NCBI GenBank assembly: GCA_964106645.2
Contig: OZ067049.1
Source of the DNA: Podarcis pityusensis
Taxonomy: Eukaryota
Reading direction: 5' to 3' (one strand)
Length of the DNA: 64,000 bases
How positions within the stretch are numbered: position 1 is the stretch's first letter; each line of letters starts with the position of its first letter. The notes beneath the pieces were generated by a model that was not told the origin of the DNA, searched no databases, and was given only the letters and a program-made list of their open reading frames with translations. The position numbers and the translations under genes are program-made. Of this stretch, positions 36,101 through 48,408 are shown piece by piece.

Positions 36101-38084
36101 TGGAATCCTACCTCATCGCTTTACTTAAAGTGAGAATCGGGCAAAAAAAAAAAAAAAAAGGCGCGACTGCCTCAGATCTCTCACGCCTGCAATACTTTGC
36201 ACACTTACTCAGGAGTAAGTTCCACGGAACTTAGTGGGGTTTAATTCTGAGTCACCCTATGTGAGCAGAGATTTCAAAACAAGCTAATTTGTCCTCCACC
36301 ACGCGCGCCACTCTCAGTTTATCAAAACAGGATTGTCTTAGATTCAAGTATGCTATTAGACTCATGAACTTAGGGCAACAGCACAGTCCTAAACAGGTAT
36401 ACTCGGAAGCAAGTTTCACTTGGTTCAAGGAGACTTCTTCCTTTATGGCAGCCCAAGGCACTCAATGGATCGGACCCCCCTCTGGGTTTATAACGCGCTA
36501 TAGGCTCATTTACAATAGCTGCGCAAGCTCTCCAAGCTATATGCAATCGTTGCCTGGCAAATAATTCTTTGAGGCCCTCGAGCTTGTATATGACTACTAT
36601 AAGTCCATGGACGTCCTCGATCTCCTGAGCTTTCCTCATCTTTCCAAGAATTTCCACTCCATTCAGGAAAAAAAGCCCTCCTCCGCGGGATTTATTTATT
36701 GCCCACATCAAAGCGCTTTCTCTCTCTCTCCCCCTCTCCCCATGTGTGTGTGACTCTGCTCCCCCCCTTGATCTCGTTTCTCATCTCCAGCAGGATCGCA
36801 TTTTCACTTTATTTCGTTTTCAAATTGAGTTGTCTCTTAAACATGCGCACCTGTACAGATAAATGTTATTGGGGGAAGCCAGTTTTCAGTCTTCAGCGCC
36901 ATTTGGGCGGACCAGGGGTGGGGAGAGCCCGCGCCTTCAAAGGAGGGGGACCCCAAACTTATTTTGACTGCCATTTTGAGCCTCAGGGGCAAAGACAAAG
37001 CAAGAGAGAAGGGTTCCCTGCCCCGACCGCCCCGTCGGGGCCGCCCCGTCCTCGGAAATGTTCTGGGTGGACCGGGGCCCCCTAATCCCTCGCCCTTGTC
37101 TGTCATCCAGCCCCCTGGCCCATTCCTCGGTCAGTCCTGCGCCTCGATTGGCACCCCTAACCCCGGAGCAGGGGGTGGGGGAGAATCCGTCTTTGCAGAG
37201 AGCGAGGATTTCCACAGCAAGATTCCAGCCTATTATCTCGTTTAAAAGTTCACTGGCTCTTTTCATTGGGAGCGTTCATTCACGTCAAAGCCGGCAGCCC
37301 ACACAGAGCAGGCGAAGGAGGAGAGAGGGGACCACCAATCTAATCTCCCTGCCCGTCAGCTCCCGAAAGGTGCTAAGTGGCTCTGAGGACTGTCAGGGCT
37401 CTTTGTAGCCAAGAGCTGCAAAATAAACTATACAGGGCGATCGCTTTCACTGGGCCAAACAGCCCTTGCGCCGGAGCGCGCCGGCTTCTTGCTTACGCAG
37501 AGGTGTTCGTCGCACTAGATCGCGTTTTCCATCTCGCAGAGACCCTTAAAAAGGGGGGAAGCGTTTACTTCCAGTGTTATCAGAGTCCAACCCCAGCTAT
37601 TTTAGAAGGGATGGGACATGATTTGGCTAAAATTGAAGGAAGTCAGGGGTGAGGTTTGTGGATCTCAATCCTTATCCTCCCCCCACCCACCCCAAAATTA
37701 AGCAGTTTCCTGCTGAAGAGAAACCCGCTCTCTCCATGACTCATAAATAGTGCCTAGCACCGCCGTGTTAAAGAGGAGTGGGGGAAATTAAGAGCCATTG
37801 ACCACAGTCTGAGTGAACCGAAGGATTATTCTGCGCGTTGCTTCTCCTTTACGATTTGCCATTTATAACCCTCATTGTTTAAAGGAATGCTTGATGGTTC
37901 AGCAGAAGTTAGAACAGACCCCCCCCCCCCAACACACAGAGACCAGCTGCCAGCTCCCAAAGAAAGTGATGGGCAGGCAGACAAAACAAAGTTCTTCACC
38001 CAAGAGCGCACAATAAATTTAAGGAACTCGCGGCCACAGGAGGGGGTGGGGGTGGGCCCAGGCATGCATAGGTGGTTTCCTTGA

Positions 38085-38500
38085 AGAGATTAGACAGCAT
38101 TCACGGAGGACAGGTTTGCCAGGGCTACTAGCCAAGAGGGCGAGGCAGAATGTCCATGTTCAGATGTAGTGTATGTCTGGAAATCACAAAAGCACTTGGT
38201 GCCTTCCTTTCCTGCTTGTGGCGGCCTTCCTGGAGGTAGCTAGTTGACTACCATAGTACATACAGGACAGGGAGCCCTTTTGGGGTTGATAAGAACGCAA
38301 GGAAAATCTGCTGGATCAGACCAACGGCCTGGATCTAGCCCACAGCGTCCTGTTCTCGCAGTGGCCAAACAGGGGCAAGTGCGAAACCAGCAAGTAGGAT
38401 TCAAGCTCTAGAGCCCTCTTCCCTCCTGTGGCTTCCAGCAACTCCTGCTCAGAAGGGTGGGCGGCTGCCTCCCAGATCTATCAAGCATCTTATGTTCTTA
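38085..38500. mobile_element. Degraded CR1-type 3' ends in opposite orientations
   Basis: gaagagattagac...ggctactagcca on plus; aagaac...ctgctggatcagacc...cctgttctcgcagtggcca is the reverse of the tail seen at about 57860-57915. Confidence 0.5.
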
Positions 38501-39114
38501 GGTTTGCTCGCTTTTAAGAGACAGGAGAGGGAGAAAACAGCCTTCCTTCTTTGCTCCGAGTATGTTTAGGGCTTCATCACATCTTTCAGTTAGCTTTCTT
38601 TGTGTTCAGAATCTACGAATGAAGTTTAAGCTTCAGGGTCCTTAATCCCAGAGGGGCCACAGAAGCAACTTTAATTGCTTTAAAATGTTGGATCTAAATT
38701 TTTGTTGTTGTTGTTGTTGTTGTATATATTTCAACCATCCCAAAGTTTGGGAGCCAGTAGCACAGATATGATGATATGTAATGGAACCACCCCTTTGAAG
38801 AAGGAAACAGTGGTTACCCAGACCCCGTTGGTACTTGGTGAAGCCCCCCCCCCCCCCACTTTCAAGCTCGAGGACCTCCCAAAATGTAGATCCGCCACTG
38901 GGTGGAGGTGAGATTCGCCGAGAGGGCAGTGGTTTGCTGCCCTGTAAACCCCTGATTGGTGAGTGAGAGTTCCTGCTTTACAGCAGAGATGGAGAACTTG
39001 CGGCCTCGAGATATTATCGCCTGGGTTAGAAGCCCCATCATGTCTGACCGCTGGCTGTGCTGGCTGGGGCTGATGGGAGCTGGAGTCCAGCAACTTCTAG
39101 AGGACCACAGCTTC

Positions 39115-39479
39115 AGTGCATGGATAGCTCAGCTGGTTAGAGCATGGGGCTGATAACGCCAAGGTTGCAGGTTCGATCCTGTAAGGCAGGGGTGGCCAAC
39201 TCCCAAGACACTGCGATCTACTTATTAACTGGGAGCGATCTACCCCCCTTTTGGGGGTTCAGGTCAAAGTTGTTGAGCTTTTCTTAGGGGAGCCAAAGTT
39301 GTTGAGCTTCTTTGGGGGGAGCCAGTGATCTACCAGTGATCTACCACAGACGTCCAGTGAGCTACCGGTAGATCACGATCTACCTGCTGGACGTGCCTGC
39401 TGTAAGGGGCAGCTGCGTATTGTAGGGGGCTGGACTAGATGATCCTCAAGGTCCCTCCCAACTCCACAACCCTATGATG
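39115..39479 (+). mobile_element. tRNA-Ile-headed SINE with CR1-derived tail, interrupted by a hAT MITE
   Basis: Head ggatagctcagctggttagagcatggggctgataacgccaaggttgcaggttcgatcc resembles tRNA-Ile; tail gggctggactagatgatcct...ccctatgatg matches the CR1 end at 49046. Confidence 0.75.
39187..39399. mobile_element. hAT-type MITE
   Basis: Perfect 8-bp TSD ctgtaagg (39179-39186 and 39400-39407), CAGG...CCTG ends, repeated subterminal GATCTAC motifs. Confidence 0.85.
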
Positions 39480-41199
39480 CTCCCACCGCTGGTTGTGATC
39501 TAAAACCGGAAGCCACCTCCACTCAGAACCTCAAGACATGACTTGCTTGGAAATGCCGCTGTGGAGTAACGTGCCGTAATTCATCCGGTCTTTTTCCGCT
39601 ACAATGCCTACCAATCCAAGCCAGCCAGCTCAAGCTGTTTGCGGGTGGTGATCTCGCTCGGGCACAAACCTTCCGGGCTCTCTTTTTACATCTGCATTTT
39701 TAGGAGCAAACACCATCGCCACCACATGCGGAAGGCCCAGGCGGTCTGGGGCACCCGGCACAATTTGCCGGCTAATTTTTATTGCCGGGCTGGTTACTGA
39801 TTTACCCCCTCGGGCAGATCTCGGCTCCTCGCGGGAGCCTTAAAGAGCGGATAATCTTGCAAATACAGCTCAGAACAGCAGGAAACGTCAATGCCCATTC
39901 AGCGAAGCCCGGGGAGGGCCGGGTGTGGTCAGCCTTGGAGGTATCAAATGCTGCGACGCCGAAACTCAGGGCGACAAAGCGCTGACAGCAATAAGGCCAT
40001 TTAGAGTGTGCTTTTGTGTTTGTGTGTGAACCGTTGAGTAAGTTCACGTTGACAGGCTATTATAGATGCGAAGAGAAGCGCATCTGTAATGCTGACCTGA
40101 AGGCTTTTTGCTCTGATGCCCGATTCGCAGCACTCTGCAGATGCTCCATGGCTCTCTTTATTGCTGCGTCACGTGTTCCTGGGGGGGGGCTAGCTGGGGA
40201 GCAGTACCTAGGCAGTCCCATCACCCAATGAAACAAAAAAAATACTAGGAATTGAGCCTGGAGGCAGCCGGAACGGAACCTCTACGTTTAACCCGAATTC
40301 CCAGGGAAAGAGACTGTTAAATCACACTGAGATTGTGGTAGCCCTATGGGACTTTCTAACAACTCCCAGCACTACAGTTCCTAGTATGATTGTCTAAAGT
40401 GGTATGAAGTTGCTTTAAATATCCAGTGCAGATGTGGCCCTATTCACAATCAGGGTTGCAGAAGGGTCTGCACTTTCATTGCGTTTTATGGGTGAAGTGC
40501 TAAATTCTAATGGATTTTTAGGACTTAAAAGTGTATAACTCTGTACAGTATATCAACTAATCCTAATGAGCTATGGAATAAGTTTGGCGCCTTAGAGACA
40601 GAAGTTCCAGGTGGCCACTGAACCACACTTCCCCACCTCATCCCTAGTTGGCCGGATGATACAGATGACATACTGTACTCTGTAGTCTGCTCAGAAGGAA
40701 GTCCCACTGAGTTCAGAGGGGCTTACTCCCAGGAAGCCCAATTGCTATGGGTGTGCTCTGCTCCGAGCTCAACCTTGCTGCTGAAAAAGCGGCATACAAA
40801 TATGAAAATCAGATGCCCCGGTGGTGGGCAGGGTAGTCAGTGTGTTGCAAATCATCTGGATGAATTAACTCGAGGTAGAAGGATGCGCTCTTGTGCATAG
40901 AGGGACAGGACTGCAGGCAGCTGGACGAAATCCTGCGGGGGCATCCCTGCTTGTTAACCCTTCCATCGCATCTGCGTAGCTGCAACAGGCCCACGAACCA
41001 AACGCGGCGCACTTCTGGCATGGTGCACCTTTTGGATATCGAGCTTCCGTCCTCTGATCCCAGCTCTAGATCATAAACTAACAAGTCAGGCTGGGTGGCT
41101 CTGAAGTGTTCCTTTGCTCCCACCCCGGGCTACGGGGACTTGTGGACCAGGCTGCCACTTTCTTCCTCCCCATTGCTCGGCATTGCCTTCCTCCCATCA

Positions 41200-42150
41200 C
41201 ACCCAGATCTCCTCCACCGCTCTCTGCCCTCCACATTCCCTCGCACGTCGATCTGTGCGCCGGCAGAGCCACCCCCTCCCTCCCGACGCCCGCCCCTTTC
41301 GCACGCGCCCCTTCCCTTCTCCGCACCCAGCCCCGGGCAGCCTCGCCCCCCGGAAGCGCTTCCCCGTCAATCACTTTGGCGCCGGAGTCTCCGCAGTGAC
41401 AGCCTGGGAGGGCCCGACACGAAAAGGCCAAGGCGGGCCCCGCCCCGCACCCCGCCCCGTCTCCGCCCCGCTGGGCCCACTTCTCCTCCCACGCCCGCCC
41501 CACTCCGCCCTCTCGACGCGGGTAGAGCCCTTGGGCCGGGCGAGGGAGGGCCGCGAAGGGTGGGGAGGGGTGTGGGGAGTGTCAGCCCCAGTTGAAACAC
41601 GCGCGCGCAGGCGACGCCAATCTTCGCCACGGGTTCATAGACGGCGCTTCTCGGGACCGGGCAGCCCGCGATCAATAAATCCCGAGCTTGCAAGAAGATC
41701 GAGGATGTTGTGTGTGCAAGGAGAGCGGATCTCCTCCGTTTCCCTTCTCCTCCTCTTTCTCCCCCGGCCAAATTCAGCGCAGGGAAACTCTCCGGCGTTT
41801 GGCACGCTGTCCGTCGAGAAAGACTTTTGCTCCTTTGGAACGCATTGGCAAAGGGGAGGGGACGGTCCCGCCTGCGCGATCACGCCGCGCGCGGCACCCT
41901 TTGTGCGCCGGGGTGTTGGGGGCTGAGCAGACCGGGACCCCCACCCCCACCCACTGTAGAGGCGCTCAGGACAGGTCTGCTAAGGTTCACTCCTTCCGCC
42001 CTCTTGCCTATGCAGAGAGATTTGCTGCATATGGCGCGAGTTGTCTCTGGAAAGCTGGAGTAGTTTACCTGAGCGCGACATACGGTTATCTTGCTTTTCT
42101 GCAAGTTTGGACGCGCCCTCGAGTTTTAAGGGCAGGCCGGGCGGAAGGTT
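41200..42150. promoter_or_regulatory. Orphan CpG island with clustered GC boxes, about 14 kb upstream of SP8
   Basis: High CpG density; CCCCGCCCC at 41438-41446 and 41450-41458, further CCGCCC at about 41463-41510; no credible ORF. Confidence 0.7.
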
Positions 42151-43261
42151 TTCCAAACGACCAGTAAATTAAGCCGGGGTGCATTGAATCAGACCATTGG
42201 TGGGTCTAGCTGGGTAGCGTCCGCTCTGACATGGGCTCTCCGAGATCTCAGACGGGGTGGAGTCTTTTCTCAGTCCTGTTAACTTAACTTCCTCTAAAAA
42301 GATGCCTGGGACTGGACCTCGGATCTTCCGCATCCAACGAGCCTGTATTGGGACACGGAGTTTTGGGCACTACGTCTGAACGTGTTGTTTCTCTACCGTT
42401 GAGAAAACCACGGTCACCGGAGAGCTGCTTGGCTTCTGGGATTTCGTAGGTGGGCCTGACCCCTGGAACCTTTTAAAAATGATTTTAAAAGAAATAAATT
42501 AGCCACTGTCGCCCGGAGATGCCAAGCCATTCATATGGAAATCAGTTCCGTTGACGTTAGCGGGCCTTGGCTGCACTGGGTGCTTGCAAGTAAAGATGGT
42601 TTGAACCCGCTTTTGGAGAAATCTCAAGACTGAAAGAGCAGGATCTAAATGCGTTTAGGAGCCCAACATAGGGCCTCCGTTCAGGCAGTAGGCCTGCAGC
42701 CTTGTATGGTCAAACAAACAAACAAACAAAGCAAAACCCAGCTGGGAAACAAACCCAACACAACGTGGTGTTTGCGCGTTTTTCAAATTCCCCGCTGGGA
42801 TTCAGAAACAGGATTAAGAGCCGCAGCACAATCCGGATGTGACAAAGAGATAGATTTGTGGTGATGCAAATCTCCCCCTCCACATCACAGTCGCTCTTCT
42901 TCCTTTTATTTATAAAAGCTGCCTGAAAGAATTCCGTAGGGAATTCTGCCAGATACAACAGGCGGAGTCCAAAATCTTTTGCTCTGATTAGCCTGCTGAT
43001 TCTGCAAGGAACGGGGCGCCCCTCGCCTAAATCAGCGAGTGAATTTTGCTGTATTGTTTTCTGGGGCCTGCAACACCAATCGCACTTTCCTGGGAGCAAA
43101 TTCCATCGAATTTGTTTCTGAGTAAGCATGCACAGGAACTAACAATTTGCCGTTGTCCTCCCGTCCCGTCCCCCAGCAGTAAGGTGAGGTGCAATAAGAA
43201 AAAGTGGTTTTATTTTAATCCACAATCGGTGCACTTCTTAAACCAATGAAGAGAGATGAGG

Positions 43262-43445
43262 TAGCTTTTGGGGCATAGTGGTTAGAGTAGGACCCTCTAG
43301 AGGTAAGTTCAAATCTACATTCACTCATGAAGCTCCTGAAACTGTCATTGTCTCTCATCCTAAGCTGCTTCCCAGGGTAGGCTGAGGAGAGACTTCTGTA
43401 TCTTGTCCTGACCTCACTGGGAAGAACGATAAAAAATGTTAATAA
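43262..43445 (+). mobile_element. MIR/CORE-like SINE
   Basis: ggcatagtggttagag A box, gttcaaatc B box, catgaagctc core, A-rich end. Confidence 0.55.
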
Positions 43446-46357
43446 AGAAAAGCAATTTACTTTGCATTGTGATTTATACTGTGCAAAATCCCCTTGGATG
43501 GAAAATCAATGCTGCCCACTGACTATCCCATGCTTTCAAAGGGACTAGTTTCCTCAAACAGGCAGCTTCAAATGAGGCATTTCCAAGTGATGGATTCAGG
43601 ATCTGCCAGTTTCCTCGCCAACTGCAAACTTGAGCACATCTCTGCAGTTGTACTAAGGGTCACTGAAATAAGAGGTCTCTGCTTGTTTACAATCGTGTGT
43701 ATAATGCCCCAAAGTTGGCAGCAGTTTTCTTTTTCAGGCTCAAGGCAAAATTGGACGTGAGGTGAGGTGCAATAAGAAAAAGTGGTTTTGTTTTATGCTT
43801 TAAAACACAGAGTGTTTAAAAAAATAAAAAAAAATAAAATCACCCTCTACAAAGACAAATAGACTAACCCTTCATCTGCTTACTAGAGTGCAAGTCTAAC
43901 TGGGCTTACTTGGAAGGATAAATGTACATAGGATTGCAGCCCTGCAGAAAAATCCCTAAGCATTTTTACATAGGAGTAAGTCCCAATGAAGCTGTGTACG
44001 TCCCCAATCACTCCATATCCTATGCATTCCCACTGCTGGCTTTGGAAATTGTGCAGAGATGTTAGGCACAATCCAGTCCTTTATTAAAACTGCATTTTGC
44101 TGTATTCCCCCCCCCCAACCAACCAACCAACTTCACAACCTGGCTGCGTTTAAGATGGTAATATGTACACAGCCTCAGTCTCTAAATTATAGAGTGTGTG
44201 CTGTGTCACTTGAGCAAACCTTCACATTCTTGTCCCCCAGCCTTCTGAAGAAAAAAAGGTCTGTGCTTCATCTTTAACAGTCCCTATTAACTTTTGTCAT
44301 TTTTTTGTTTTGCTTAAAAAAAAACACAAAGGAAAGAAAGAAAAGTTTGCCATGCCCAAGTTCCTTCTGACTGCAGGAAATGCCTAGAGTGAAACAAATT
44401 CTTAAATATGGGAGGCTATTGGCAGCCTTTTAGGTGTGAAATTGCTTTGGCTTTATGGGCCTCACTCAAGGTCCACTGCAGCCAAAGAAAAGGCTCCTTT
44501 TGACTTCAAAGGCCTCTTTCCTAATCCATCCAGCCCAACTAAAGAAGCAATTTGGAAACACTTACTGCAGATGGCCTCAGCAGCAATCAGTGGGACTTCT
44601 TGGGAGCAAGCAGCTTTGTGAATGCTATCTCTATTTTGCAATAATCACAGATGCTATATGCCTTTTAAAAAAAAAGTTTGCCATGAATTTCAAAATCTCC
44701 TATCGCTCTCCCTTCAAAGGGATGAAACAGTGGTTATTCCTTTTGCATTGTCTTACAATTGTGTAATGACTGGGCTTCTACAAAAAAGAGAAGGCATTCC
44801 CAAAGTTGCTTCCTCATAAGTAGACTCCTTGATTGCAGCATGTTTTCATATTGCTTCTTATTTGGGCCAGAAGTCTTGGCAAAACAACTTAGCATTTAGT
44901 AATAGTTCTCACTGTTCCAGTCAAAGAACACTGGCTTAAGGAAAGCAAGTATCCATCGTAAACCTAATTTGTGGGTTGTTATTGGTGGCAACCACTGAAT
45001 TCAAAAAAGATCAGTATCTACCGTATCTAGTTGCAAAGGCACAAGCCATTTATGGCAGATTATTTGATTTAATGAAGAAAGATCCAATGATTTTAACGTG
45101 ACTTGCTTTGGAATATACCCAGGAATCAGCCCTATAAGCAGTGACTTGGGCTAATTAGCTCTAGCTCTCAAAAACAGAAGCTGAGATAGTAAATGTGACT
45201 TCAGACTTTAGGCAGAGAATGTTGGAATGACGTTGAACATGATGTGTGTTCTACACACACACACACCAAGTATCTGGGAGAAGCTTAGCTAAAAAGCCTT
45301 ATACCATTTCTCCATATGTAAGGTTTATTTATTTTTTTGTAGTTGAGGAGCACAGGATCATGAAAATGGAAGTGTCATAGCGGCAGAAAGGATGTGAGGG
45401 GAGAGTCTTTGTGCTGACCGCCTCCATCGCAAGGACCATTATGTGCAGGTGTATTTTGATGCATTGAATAGAATGAAACTTTATGAGTCATGACGTGTGC
45501 AAATTCAACAGGGCTTTGTTTGTTTTGTTACTGTTTTGTTACTGCTTTATAGATATGAATGCTGTTGTACTTTGTGAATCCTATAATATGATTTTTGGTG
45601 TAACTGTGATGTTTAGCTTATTTTTTAGTTGTTTTGTTAATAGTGTTACATAGATGGTAATTGTTTTATTTGGGATTTTGGATTGTTTTACTGATGATTT
45701 ATGCTGTATTCATGATGTTCCATTATGTTATTTTTATGTTTTGTTTGTAAGCTGCTTTGGGGTTTATTTGAACAAAAAGCAGCAAAGAAATAGAATCAAT
45801 CAATCAATCAATCAATCATGGGAGTGTTCACTGGCAGTCTGAAGTGGTTCAGTCCAGACACAGGTCTACCCCTTCATCTGCTGCTTGTGAGCACCAGACC
45901 GTGTAAGCCAAATGCATCTCACTATCCTCCCTCCTACTACAATGCATTTCCCATCATATTGCCTACAACAATACTGGAGGTACCTATGGCTACATCAGTG
46001 TAAGTATCTCCATAGTGGTTAGAATGACTTCAGAACAACCTGTGTTGAGTATCCATCTCTGCCTGGCCCCTTCTGACCAACTTCCGTACTGTGTTTCCAT
46101 GCTGTTCTCCCAGCGGGTTGTTTAGCAGTTTTTCACAGGTGTGGAAACTTTGAGCAACTTTACTTGTGAGATCTATTCTAGTCACTTCAACAGGAAAAGC
46201 AAACCTGCATATTCATGCCACTGAGCGTGCATAATGGTGCCCTGCATTGAAATACTGTATACAGGACTGCTTATGTTCACTGCAGTGCTAGGGAACTGTG
46301 GAATGGGGCATATGCCCGCACACCTAGATAATTATCTAGATAATACAGTCACATTTA

Positions 46358-46715
46358 GTAAAGGTACCCCTGCCCGTATGGGCCAGTCATGTCCGACTCT
46401 AGGGTTGTGCGCCCATCTCACTTAAGAGGCCGGGGGCCAGCACTGTCCGGAGACACTTCCGGGTCACATCGCCAGCGTGACGAAGCTGCAGCTGGCGAGC
46501 CAGCACCAGCGCAGCACACGGAAACACCGATACCTTCCCGCTATAAAGCGGTACCTATTTATCTACTTGCACTTAGGGGTGCTTTCGAACTGCTAGGTGG
46601 GCAGGAGCTGGGACCGAAAGACGGGAGCTCACCCCGCCGCGGGGATTCGAACCGCCGACCATGCGATCGGCAAGCCCTAGGCGCTGAGGTTTTACCACAG
46701 TGCCACCCGCGTCCC
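46358..46715 (-). mobile_element. Sauria SINE, full length, young
   Basis: Head GGGACGCGGGTGGCACTGTGG, CpGs retained, 14-bp TSD tacagtcacattta (46344-46357 and 46719-46732). Confidence 0.93.
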
Positions 46716-46735
46716 ATCTACAGTCACATTTAACT

Positions 46736-47120
46736 TGTAATAATAATAATAATAATATTTATACCTTGCCCATCTGGCTGGATTGCTCCAGTTACTCTGG
46801 GTGGCTTTCGACATAATCATCATCATCATCATCATCATCATAAAACATCAAACATTAAAAGCTTCCCTGTACAAGGCTTCTAAAGGTTGTGTAGTTCTTT
46901 TTCTCCTTGACATCTCCTTGACATCTGATGGGAGGGCATTCCACAGGGCAGGTGCCACTGCCGAGAAGGACCTCTGCCTAGTTCCCTGTAACTTCACTTC
47001 TCGCAGTGAGGGAAACCACCAGAAGGCCCTCGGAGCTGGACATCAGTGTCCGGGCTGAATGATGGAGGTGGGCCTTCAGGTATACAGGGCCAAGGCCATT
47101 TAGGGCTTTTAAGGTCAGCA
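46736..47120 (-). mobile_element. L2 LINE 3' end
   Basis: (TAA)n tail; gggagggcattccacagggcaggtgccactgccgagaagg reads in reverse as FSAVAPALWNALP. Confidence 0.75.
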
Positions 47121-48243
47121 GCATAATGATAATAGTTTGACAAAATATGCTTGCAAAGTATGAACAAGATCTACGAGAAGCTGTCTTTATGGCCAGAATC
47201 CTGCATGTGTTATTATGAAAGCCTGTTCACCTCAGATTAATGGGTTTGCTTCCTCACAGTATTTTTAGAATCTAGTCAGGGTTTGCCATTGCAGTGTCCA
47301 CAAGCACACATGTGCTTGCAGAGTCCTTTCCTGGTCCCCTCCTGCACTGACATAAACATTTGTTTGTTGCCAATAGACTAGCTTGTGGTGTGTGCTTGAC
47401 AGTGCTTATGTCCATGTCTCTGGTTTGCACAAGTGCTCCAAAGTATTGGTGACACCTAATTTAGATGTCCTATCTTCCTTTCCTGAAGTCGCTGTGTCTG
47501 ATTTTAATGCTGGCCTAGTTTGCATTGGCTTTTGGTTCACTTGACTCCTGCACTGGGGTAACATGCCCTTGGATTGGATTAATTTTATATATTGAAGCAG
47601 CAATTTCACTATAATGTTACTATTTAGTTATGCCCACAGTCAAGCAGTAAGTCTAACATTGTTTCCTTAAACCAGGAGGTTATGTAGATTGGTGGCGATT
47701 GCTAATTAGCTAGTTTGCATATCTATAAAACAGCTTGATATGCCCACATCTAGAAATCTAATTTGTGCAGCGGTAGATACTGAAAATAGTTTTTGAAACG
47801 TTGATGATACAAGTCCGCTTGTGGGCAAATGGTGTGTGATTACTCTGTAGCCATACAGCCATTCATCAGATGACATCATGTAACTAAAGGAGGACAACAT
47901 TTAGACATATACAGGGCGGGAAGAAATCCACAAAAGTCCACTTACCCAGAAGTAGCACCATTGATTTCAGCGTGGTTTCTTGCGAGTAAGCAATTTCCTG
48001 ATGACAGGCACATTTGCCGACTTCCTAATACTGCTTAGTGCTTTGCAACGGTTAAAGAAGCAGCTGGCTTTTTATACAAGTAAATTGGGTTCTGAGGCTG
48101 TCAATCTTCTTTGTATGACAGAGAGGAGTTTCTGCCTGCTTTCAGAGGGTGGCTCTACATCTGTCATTCCATTCAGTAATGTGGCCCAATATCAGGGAGA
48201 CTACAGCTGTCTGCTCCTTTCAGTGGATTCTGGGACAGAGAAA

Positions 48244-48408
48244 CAGTGCTTTTTTTCTGGGGGGGGGGACGCAGGGGTCCGTATACCCCTAAACATTTTG
48301 TGAATCTAGGTTTGGCTTCATTGAGGGGCAGTATTTCAATATAAGTAGGAAAATGAGAGTATCCCTAAACATTTAATTTAATTTTTATTTTTTAGAAAAA
48401 ATGCACTG
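48244..48408. mobile_element. hAT-type MITE
   Basis: TIRs CAGTGCTTTTTT / AAAAAATGCACTG; TSD cagagaaa/cagagaag. Confidence 0.8.

Noticed and set aside
33222-36943. Scattered TTCAAAGG (TCF/LEF) matches
   Set aside because: Too short and dispersed to exceed chance without conservation data.
39115-39186. Possible tRNA-Ile gene
   Set aside because: Acceptor stem is degenerate, the unit is interrupted, and it continues into a CR1 tail; it is a SINE head.
41078-42167. ORFs up to 270 aa in the upstream CpG island
   Set aside because: Stop-poor GC-rich DNA open in several frames; no protein features.
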